Shown here piece after piece: positions 25,501-36,900 of a stretch of 64,000 nucleotides of DNA (the first letter of the stretch is position 1; every line of letters begins with the position of its first letter). The translations under genes were made by a program, and so were the position numbers. The stretch lies in assembly GCA_964234715.1 (NCBI GenBank), contig OZ174278.1, one strand, 5' to 3'. Below the pieces are notes generated by a model. That model saw nothing but the letters and a program-made list of their open reading frames with translations, had not been told where the DNA came from and made no database searches. Origin of the DNA: Podarcis melisellensis. Its lineage: Eukaryota.

Positions 25501-28500
25501 ATACTTTAAACCACCAATCAAGTTCATGGCTTACTGGTATTGGACAAGGTTCAATCTCCATTTATAGGAATCTTGAACAGTAAGGCCTGAGCTTGAGCTC
25601 TTTAAATACCAGTCACAGCTGATAGCCATAGACAAGATGGGCTGTACCAGGGTAAGGCAACTCCATAAATGCTGTGATGCCCAATCCCAGTTACTGAAGT
25701 ATTTTCACACCGGACATGTGTATAAATAATAGTACATAATACTCATACCTGTTGCTGATGTGGTAAATTGTAGTATAAATCACATCCCGGAGTACAAAAG
25801 CCCATGCTCCTCCTAAACCATCCTTTATTTTTTCCAGTAATAGTTGAACAAAAAAATGATATATCATAATAATTCTATGTTTTTTGTATATATTATTTGT
25901 TTCAGATGCTTGCTTACATATGGCAAATAAGATTTTTTGGAATGACTCCTGCAGAAAAAAAAGATAGGACATTAGATAGTAATCTCTGGGGATTTTCTGT
26001 TTTACATTGTCTGGAATTACCGTATTTTTCGCACCATAGGGCGAACCGGACCATAGGGCGCACCCAATTTTGGGGGGGGGAAATAAAGGGGGAAAAATAT
26101 TTTTCCCCAAGGCGCGGGGCTGGGGTGGGGGAAGCTCGAGCTTCCCCCGACCCCAGCCCCCAAACAGGCAAGTCTCCGCAAGCAGCGGGAGCGCTCCCGC
26201 TGCTTGCGGAGAGGTCCACGAAGCCTGGGCGCGCTGAGCTCAGCGCGCGCAGGCTTCAGCGTGCAGGCAACTCTCCGCAAGCAGCGGGAGCGCTCCCATT
26301 GCTTGTGGAAAGGTCCGCGAAGCCTGGGCACGCTGAGCTCAGCGTGCGCAGGCTTCAGCGTGCAGGCAAGTCTCCGCAAGCAGCGGGAGCCCAACGCTGG
26401 GCTCCCGCTGCTTGCGGAGAGGTGTGCGAAGCCTGGAGAGCGTGAGGGGTCGGTGCGCACCGACCCCTCTCACTCTCCAGGCTTCAGCGAAAGCCTGCAT
26501 TCGCACCATAGGACGCACACACATTTCCCCTTCATTTTCGGAGGGGAAAAAGTGTGTCCTATGGTGCGAAAAATACAGTAGATCTGATGATTAAAAAGAA
26601 AAATGACAGCCAGCTATCTAATTCTACCCTTCCCTCCCTTGCCCCCAACATCTTATCCCTGTCCTGAAGTCATGATGTCATGCATTTCCCCACCCCCTAA
26701 CATTACAGGCGAACATTTAAGGGAGACAAGGAAATGAACCATATTGTGACATTAGGGTGAACTAGCTGGCATTACAGAAGAGGAAGGAGCAAACAGACAG
26801 GATATTGCAGATTTATTACAGTGGACGATGAAGTCTTCGGATTGGGCTAATAAATCTACTATTCAAGTAAGACCAGTAGTTCTTTTTTAAGCAGCACCTG
26901 CATCTAGGTCAATACACAATGTGTGTCACAAAACTGAAATCAGTTACTTACAGGTTGCTTGGAAAGAATTGCTACAAGACCTTTTGACATTGCTTTATGA
27001 CAACTGCTGATGTAACCCAATGTTGCTTTGATGACTCGTGATGGAAAATGAGGAGGATTAGGAGTGGGATCCAGATCCCTGAAAAAAAATAAATGCAAGC
27101 CTTTCAAAGCCTTGATGAGTCCCCAAACAAAAATTTCTGCGAAAAGAAATATGAACAGATTGGACTGAAATACTGATTCATTTCTCTGTCACTTTCTCCC
27201 AGGGTATGCTTGTCAAAGAAATGCTCTGCCATTCCAGATTTTGGTGCCCCCATCTTGCGCAAGTTGGTCACATCTGCCCCATTTAGTAAAGGGAAATTGA
27301 GGGCCAGCAAGGTTTGCCCACATTTGAAACCTGCGTATATTGAAGCCTATATTGTCAGGAAACAAAGAAGAAGATCATTGGATTACAAATCTGCGAAAGG
27401 AGAGAAAGATAAAGGAAGAAGCCCCTGGAGTATCTGGAATACTGGAATTTAAAGGAACAAATAAATATGACTGGGACTTCTTCTTCAAGTTTGAGCATGG
27501 GAGACCAGCTGATCCTTGGCAGCAACTGTTTCTAACTGATTTGGAGGGAAGAAAATATGAGGTGCTTGTGATAGAACTCCTTCGAAACTTGAGGGCCAAC
27601 AAAAAGGATTACCAACAAAACCGACGGAGAGAGGCTAACAGAGACTTAAGGGCCTCAGATGTGAGGAATCCGGGCTAGGAATTGTTTTTTGAGGACATTG
27701 GTTTGGGAAGGGACAGAAACTGGGGTAGAGAGGGAGGGGGAGAGCAGAATTGTAAAAATTTATGACTTTTGTATTTGGTTATTATGATTTTTGGTTTAAT
27801 ATAAAAAGGGAGAAATTCGTGGAAGAGAACTTAGGTCGACCTTAGAAAAAGGATTTAATGTGTATAAGAAAACTGGATAAGTAAAATTTGGCCTAGTAAA
27901 AAGAGTTAAGCTTAAAAATTACAACAATATTTTAAGGATGAGGGAAAAGAACTTGCTGAGTTAATTAATGAAATTGGGATGTAGGAAGGGGGGGTGGGGG
28001 GAAGTCAAGGAAAGAAGGTAAAGAAAGTAAGGGTATGAAATTATACATGTTTTGTCTTTGTCTTTCTATGTGTGTGTATGTCTATATAAAATGTGAAAAC
28101 CCAATAAAAATTTTATAAAAAAAAGAAAAGAAAAAAAAGAAATACTGATTCATTTCTCAGCTGGGAGGAAACAAACTAACTTATACAGGGTGAGTCCTTT
28201 AAAAGAGGCCCCGTGGATACAGAGTACACATGTCCCACGGGGCCTCTTTTAAAAAACTCATGCTGTATTTAAATAGGTGTTTTAATATTACCTATTCTAT
28301 ATCTTATATTCTATATTAAGATATATTCTATATCTGAGACTCCAATATTTTGGCCACTTCATGAGAAGAGAAGACTCCCTGGAAAAGACCCTGATGTTGG
28401 GAAAGATGGAGGGCACAAGGAGAAGGGGACGACAGAGGACGAGATGGTTGGACAGTGTTCTCGAAGCTACCAGCATGAGTTTGACCAAACTGTGGGAGGC

Positions 28501-31500
28501 AGTGGAAGACAGGAGTGCCTGGCGTGCTCTGGTCCATGGGGTCACGAAGAGTCAGACATGACTAAACGGCTAAACAACAACAACAACAATTCTATATCTC
28601 CTCTCTTTTTCTCTCTCTCTACTGCTGATCTAATCTGGATAACAGTTTATTGTCTAGAGACAATTTGCTGACTCACTACTGGGCTGAAAGTATAAAGACA
28701 GACTCCAGTTTTATTTCAAACATATGAGTGTGTACACCAAGTGCACACCAGGGAAATATGACCGCTTGCCTTTCTGTGTCCACATGCTGTAATGTGTGCA
28801 TGAATATATTTGTATACACTGTGAACTAGAGAAAAGGAACTGAAGAATCATACTGTGCTAACACCCACAGAAATATCTATAAGCAAGACATTATTCACTG
28901 ATAGACCACAAACTATTGTGGAACCACATGGTGCATTTTGTCACTGGTGAACAGACCTCAAAAGTTGCAAAGTAGGATCACAATTGCAGGGCAACGTTTG
29001 CTTCAAGTAAACATAAGAAATAAAATAACTCCAAGAGAGAGAAATCCATCAACTTTCTTTGCAGCGTCAACCGTTCTTGCCTTCAAGCAGTTGGAGGAAC
29101 ACAGTCCTACCCGGAGATACCCTAGTGCCCAACAGGGAAGGCTTACTTTGGGGGAAATGGGCAGTTGAGACAAGAGCACTAACATAATTTCCTTCTCTAC
29201 ATACAAATATCAAAATGATAAAGGTCATGCCATGACCCTGGACCCAGACTCCTTAGAGGCAGAGTCCTCTGGCACCTGCAGTTCTCAGGAGATATATCTA
29301 CTCTCTGGTTCTTCCCTTGTGAGTCTATAGACACAGGAGGCTATCCTGATTCCCCCAATGAGAGACCTCTGCCACTGGATTCTTATGGCTGATCAATAGA
29401 GATCCCCACAGCTGGAAACCCAATTACTCTGAAGGAGCTACAGCTGTTTCCTGCTTGGCAGGGGGTTGGACTCGATGGCCCTTGTGGTCTCTTCCAACTC
29501 TATGATTCTACAGTGGAAGGCACCAGCCATTCAATCAGCCAGGAGGCAGCACTAAGTGGGTGGGCATCCAGTTGCTCTGCACTGAAACAACCTGAATGTT
29601 TGGATTCACCTACAGGAGCACTATCCATGGTTCTGAACCCACACCCTGGTCTCCTTCCAAGTTGCCTTGCAACCAGGAGCTTCTAGCCTCTGCTTCTTTG
29701 AGCCATCACCTTTCCTCAGGGGTGGGCATCCCCATTAACTACAAGTGAATTTTATGACCTATTGCTATGTGTAGGTTCATGAGATTAACAGATTTTCCTG
29801 TTCTTAAGGTACTATTACTAACTCACCACTTTCTCAAATAGAAAACAGTTTGTCCGACCATCAAACCATTACATACCATCCCCATTTCTTAAATATTTGC
29901 TTACAAAGGTTAAATAACCAACATTTGTTATAATCGGCAGAGGATGGGAAACTGTACCCTGTAAATCTCGTTAGAGCAGAATCTTCTTGTGCTGCGATAC
30001 CAGCTGACTCATGCAGTGTCATCAATACCTCCACTACAATCTCTGGTAAATTACTATGAAATAAACTGTCAATCAGCTGTAAAAACAAAACAACACAACA
30101 CAGGTTTAGTTTTATTTTAATTGTGAAATACAATACAAGGCTGGTTATTACACAGCCTGTCAGTCTCCATGCTGATGTTATATTCAAAAGTATTAAACTC
30201 AGAAACTGGATAGTTTACCTATTTGCCCACCACCGTGTGTATGATGATCTCCTCCTCATTATTACTATTATTTTGTTGATTAATTGCTTCCTATGAAGGA
30301 GGAGGTTCTTTAAAGCAATACTCTGTCTGATGCATGAACAGGGGGCACCTTCCATTTCTCCCCAAGAGCAACAACCTACCCCAGCAAAGCATCCTTAAAA
30401 TAAACTGGGAGGAAAGTTCATTTAAGGCAACTTTCCCACTGGGGGTGGATGGCACAGATTAACATTTATCCCAAATTCCAACAATCATCTCTTTAAGCGC
30501 CTCCTTTTCAAAAAGGCAAAAGCCCTTAAAACCAAGAGGTGAGGATGCCCTTAGATTGTTCTCCTGCACCGCCTGGTGGCTAATCAGCAAATTGCTTTTG
30601 GTTCCGACAGACAGCACCACATTTGTTGCTTTCTCCTGTTTTACAGGGTTTGCACATCAATTTAGCTCCTTGGGGTGATTCAGACCTCAGCCATCTAAAA
30701 TTGGGGGGTGGGTGGGATCCGTATGAGAATATGCCTGCCCTCATCTCAACTACGGCCAGGATTAACAGGGTTTAGAGCTGTATGGTTACTGCAATCCAAG
30801 ATGGGTATTCTTGGCTGCTCGTGAAAGGTTGGTTCGGAGTCAGAGCTGCTTGTTACTGAATAGCACACTGCTGCATGGCTTCTAAACAGTCTCACATGCT
30901 TTTACATCTTTGTTGGTAGCATGTTTCCCTGAAGGAGCCATTGAGGAGAGGCATTGAGGGGAGGGGAAGAGTTAGAAAAACTAAGTTGGGGAAGGAAGGC
31001 CCAAGCTATGAAGTAGAAAAATGAGAAGAGGAATGTATCTTCTGCTCTCCTCTTCTGCAAGGCAGGAAGTGAATACAAAAGAGCTAGCAGAGCTAACGGG
31101 AAGAGGGGGCTAAGTCAAAAGGCTTATTGGCTTCTGTGCAATGGGAAGGGACACAAACCCCAGTAAGCGCTGGACGCCTCTTTAGCCAAACAGCAGAACA
31201 CAGAGCATTTTAGAAGAATCGTCTAGGAATTCCAACAAGTTTATTTAAAAAGTACCTGTTTTCCTAACCAGTTGTCATCTTTCAGCCTCTCATAGACTTC
31301 ATGAGCTGTCTTTTTCTTTTGCGCAAACTCACCATCTTCATGATTTTCATAGGCAAAATAAGGGAGGATGTTGACAAGTATTTTGGGGAAACAATGTGCC
31401 AAGAGCTGTTGTGTCCCTCTTTCAATCTTGTTAGCAATGGATGTAACCTCTTCAAACTGTTGCTTAACAACCAGTTGTGGAATCAAAACTTTGTAGCAGG

Positions 31501-33907
31501 ATCTAAAATTAAGGATTTTCTTTAATTATGGCTAAACAATTGAGGGGGAAATTACACTTCAAGTATACAGTGCAAGCTACAACAGAATCCAACACCTGCA
31601 TTCTTATGACAAATTATTCTTGAAAAGTTCATTTGATCACCTATTTCTAATTAGCTACTGACCAGTTAATTGCAGCAGGAGCATAGTTTAATGTATGAAG
31701 GGTATTCCAAAATATTGGTATTGTAACTCAAAAACTATGCACCTTTCTGAGAATATGCTGCTTCAACCAAAGAAACACAAAATGTGGCACCTGGCATATC
31801 GCTGCAAAATATTTTGAGTGTTTCCAGATAAATAGTGGGGGAATCACACAAACGTAAGCATACCTGTAGAACTCGTCCAAAGTACGGTAATTCAATAATA
31901 TATATGGAAAATCTGGAAGGCTGTAGCTGCAGTTCAGCCATTGGTGAACAAGATAATCTAAGTGTGTATTCATGAAATCTTCCACACTTCTGTATCCAAG
32001 AGTACCAGGAATTCTTTCCAATACCTACATACGAAAAAAGGGCAATTCCAAATGAGACCACCACTGGTAGTAACTGCAACAACTCTTAGTGGCTTCATTC
32101 ACATATCCCTAGTTTGGGTGTAATTCTAAGCCAAGGAATGTGGTTTGTTTCCTCCACACAGTAGGAGGAAAGAGTAAAAGATGTGATCACAATAAACCAT
32201 TAACTATTGTTCACCGTGATGTGCGAATGACGGCAGTGTCTATGAACTAAAGCTCCTATCAGGAATTAACACTATGGAGAAAAATGAGTAGTGGCTCAGA
32301 CCTATTTATTACAACCATTTATACAGAACCACAAAACCAAGGACATTTTAATGGGTTCAAATTTAAGTAATACAGAAATTCTTTGAAAACTGTTTGAAGT
32401 TTTTTAAAGCCCTGCACGTTCATTTAGAGTTTTTAACTGTGTGCTTTTCCCATACCTTCCTTACAAGGTGAGGCTCTAATCCATTCTCTTTTACACACTG
32501 GAAAATTGCAAACAGTGCTTGCTTTTCACACACAGGACTGCAGCGTAAAATCATCATTATTAACATGAGAAGAACTGATTTTCTATTATACTCTTCATCA
32601 GGAAGGTTCTCTTGGTTCACGGAACCATGTGCCTGTAAGAAGAAAACATTGAATGAAGACGAACTTTTAATATATTTAAGTGATAGATGTAATTTAAATT
32701 CCCTCAACCATTTATATTTTATTAAAATACGATCCTGAAATTGAGATGTAAGAAATAATCCAATAGGTCTACTTTGCAGCAATCATTTTTATGTTTTCCT
32801 ACTGGAAGTTTACAGGCCTCATGCAAAACCTAAGCATGATTTTCCCCCTTACACTTAACCCACACATACCAATTAAATGAGATGAGAGCACCATTGTTTT
32901 TGAGTGAAGCAAACACTCAAGGCCCCTATTCCAGGACAGCTTGCAGAGTGAAGCTGTGTTAAGATTGCAGAGATAATACAATAGTTTATCTGATGAAATT
33001 AAAGGCCACAGTGAAAAGGAACATTTAATCTAAGAAAAAATGTACAAGAGGGGTTCAGCACAAAAAATCTGAAATGTTTAATACAAAGTAGACTAACAAC
33101 AACAACAACAACAACAACAACAATAATAAACCATAGCATTACTCTTAAACATGATAGCTCTTTTCCAGTAACAGCACAACTACTGTGCCCCCCATGTCAT
33201 CAATTAAACAACCTCATTTAAGTCACTATGTAGCCTGTGCACCTGGTAAGTGAATGGAAATATGTTCATTTTATTGTATTACCTTGCTGAAAGATTAATC
33301 AGAAGCAAAGACTTAGAAACAGGCAAATCCAACTAAACTTCAGTGGATTTGGGAGGAAAAGGACACCCAACAACAACTTCCAATGAATAAGAGAAAATGT
33401 TACAGTGGAAGTGTGTGTGTGCTGGGGGGGATGTATTACCAATTTCTTTGTTCCTTCTTGAACTGTGAGATACAAGTTCTCAAAAGCCCTTTGCTGGAGC
33501 TTCAATGGAAGAGCATTCAGTAAGCCAGTTGAATCCCTCAGCTTCACATCTTGAAACAAACTTAGGATCAAGCATGGAGAAAAATCAAATTAGAATAATT
33601 TACAACATTCTCTGTTTTCTAAAATAAAGCCTTAAATGCATTTAATTTTGAGAGCCCTTCTGTGGTACTGGGGGGTGCCCCCCATGTCTGTGATTAAGCA
33701 ACCGTCACTTTGAATCCCTTCCCAGAGGGTGTGAGTTTGCATAGCAAAAAGAAAAAGCCAAGGGGCCTCCATCAAAGATATACATCTCATAGTCCAGCTG
33801 TTTAGGAGCTATCTCCCATCATTTTCTTAAAAGGTTTCTTGTAAACTTCTGAACTAGATATTTGGCATTTTGTTAGTAGTATCTATTTCTCTTGCAGCTA
33901 GCAACAA

Positions 33908-33968
<61 letters not shown>

Positions 33969-36900
33969 TTATTTATATCCCGCCCTCCCCAGCAGAAGCC
34001 GGGCTCAGGGCGGCTAACAACAATAAAATAGTGCAACATTCTAAAAACATTTCATTATAAAAATTAATTAAAATCCAATTGATGGCAACCATTAAGCTTA
34101 AGTTCTGTAAAGGTTGCCAAAGGAGGGAGTCAGGCTGCGCCCTGACCAAAGGCCTGGTGGAACAGCTGCCTTGCAGGCCCTGCGGAAAGATGTCAAATCC
34201 CGCAGGGCCCTAGCCTCTTGTGACAGAAGAGAGGTAGAAGCTGGATATCCAGTCCTACCATAAATCTTTGAGAATATCCCTAACTAAAGAAAGATATGAG
34301 AAACAGCAAGCATGGTTTTGAACTGGTGCTTAGATTGTTTAACTTCTACTTGAATGTCTTTCTGGGAGATGGTAAAGAAAAAATGCTAAGCAATTCTGAA
34401 TGTGTAACTTTTGTATACTACCTTTATGTCAAATAATTAAACTACAAGGGCATACCTGCTTATTGATTTAGCTGCAATCATGCAAACTTGAAAACTGCTA
34501 TCTGCAAGGAAGTGGGGGAAAGCATCACTCACAGGGATTTCTTCACCATTAACATCAAGCACAGCCCACTTTGAATGAGGATCAACCTGGTGAGGGGAAA
34601 GAGAGAAAATGTTAACACTACATTTCTATGGAACTTGGGAAAGCCAACAAAAACCTTTTTGTTTAAATATTTCTAGCTATTGACTTACCTGAAGTAAGGC
34701 TTTCATACAATTCACTAAGGCAATTCTTACGGGAGCTGTGTATTTTCCTTTATTTGCTAATTGCCTGGAACAAACAATATTTTATGATAAATTTCAAAGA
34801 GGAAAAGAAGTCTATACTTTTGGCAGATCACTCAGAATCAGAAAAAAAGTATTTCTTTCCATGCTTCAAAACTTTTTGGCTAGTTTTTAATTAATGCAGA
34901 GTTCAAGAACAGATAATATGAACAACAACTTTCTGATCAAGCTACTGTTGCCTGCTACTTCCTTTCTGGAAGCAAAGTGTTTTTGTCTAAACTAAACATT
35001 CATTCCTTACACCATTCACAACTAAAACACATTACGCTGAGGGGCCCTTAAGACTAGTATACTTTCAGAAATGTTATAAAGTGTTATAAATATAAATACA
35101 GTTTTAAAAAAATAGAGCATATCCTTGGAAACCAGATTGAAGGCACTAGAAGAACAAACATAAGTATTTCATATAGAAATAACATACATACATCATAAAA
35201 AATATGGAAGAGTCTGCTCAATCAATAAGACCGTTGATACCTACCATGAACAGGATTTATTGAGCCTATATGAGCTGATGCCAAGGATAGTATTTAGCTC
35301 CCTCTAGCAGTCACAGGCAAAATTGCAAGTTGGAAGAATTTAACTGAACTCTTCCCTCCCTTGCAAGTCTGTGTTTTTTTTAATTGCAACAAACCAAAGA
35401 AGGAAAGGAAAATCAGGCACAAAACAGCAAAAGGAAACAAAGAGACTCTGAAATCAGACCAAAAAATGTATATACAAGCTAGAACCCCAGCTACAGGCAG
35501 CAAAAAACAGTAAGACAGGGCAAGGCATCAGTTTGTATAGGTCCAAGAAATCCCTTTCATGATAACTACTTACGCTTACTGACCCAAGAAGGGTGGTGGG
35601 AGGGAGCAAATGCAAAAGACCATGTGATCCAACACTTGGCAATTGCTACAGCTGCCAGGTTTATGACCATGAAATTAACTGCATGTGAAAATATGCTTAT
35701 CATACCAAAATGCTGCAACAACAGTTAAAAGTGGACCCAGGGCTTCAGTATTTGTTCTGGCAGCACCCAAGGCGGTCACCATAGGAAGGAGATTATATAA
35801 AATTGCTGAGCAAACTTCTTGATCTCGGCGATAAAAGGGACATATATCCCTGTAGGAAAAAAAGAGAAACGCTGAGAAAATGTATCTGCAAAATATTAAT
35901 GTCACAGTTATTTCATTAAAAACAAGATTCTCTTACGAAAGAGGCTTGAGAAGGGAGACAAGGTAGTCGTCTGGCAAGGGGTTTTCTTCACTGGGGAGTT
36001 CCTTCAACAAGACCAAGTACTAGAACGAAACACATTTTTAAAAAGCTTTTCTAATGCTTTCATTTATATCAAACATTTTAAATTCCATATATATTAGACT
36101 GCATACTGGTATATTCATGCTTGGTTTATAGGTCTTGTATATATTTTAACGTAGAACAAAGCTTATCACAGGCTAAAATTACACAGCAGCATAATTGTTT
36201 ATAAAACGCCTACATGATGTTAAAGTTTCAAGATCCTAGAACAGTTAGCCAAAGACTACTTAACACACAGCAGAGTGACCTTTCATAATCATACTCACTA
36301 CATGCAGATGCTGCGGCTTAATATAATCAAACATGTTTTCCTCAATTAGCATCAAGAGTTTCTTCCAAATTTCAGACGCTCTAAAGCAAACAGTTTGCAC
36401 TGGGGTTGCTGTGGCAGCTATACACAAGAACTTTAAAGTATCAAGGAGCAACAAGTCCTGTTTTGCCAAGTGTTCTTCTGACAATGGGCTTATGGCACCT
36501 GTACATAAAATGGTGTAGTGTTAAATAAAACAATGTAAGACATGAACTTCCAAACATTTAGCAGATATATGCCAGGAAGCCATAACTACTAGTTTCCTGG
36601 CAGACATACCCAAGTATCTGAAGGCACACGTAGACATATACAGCAGTAAATTAGTGTTCCTGGACTAGGGATAGACAAATCAGTCAAAATCGTATCTCTA
36701 TCAATTTTACATGTGCTTGGTGGTAAATCCATTGTGACACATTTATGCTCTAATCGTAGATTATATTTTTAATTCCTTGTGAAAAACCATGTTTAAATCA
36801 GCATTTTATCAAAAAACCTAATTAAATGCATATGTTTAGAAATAAATTCATTGAGAAAATGTATCTTACCAACACACAGAGAGAGAAACACACTTTTTGA

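Noticed and set aside
26165-26430. Palindromic repeats resembling a CRISPR array or REP elements (also 50800-51220)
   Set aside because: Vertebrate intron, no unique spacers, no cas genes; these are tandem units inside TA-flanked MITEs.
33854-34039. Poly-Ile ORF
   Set aside because: Translation of the (AAT)n microsatellite.
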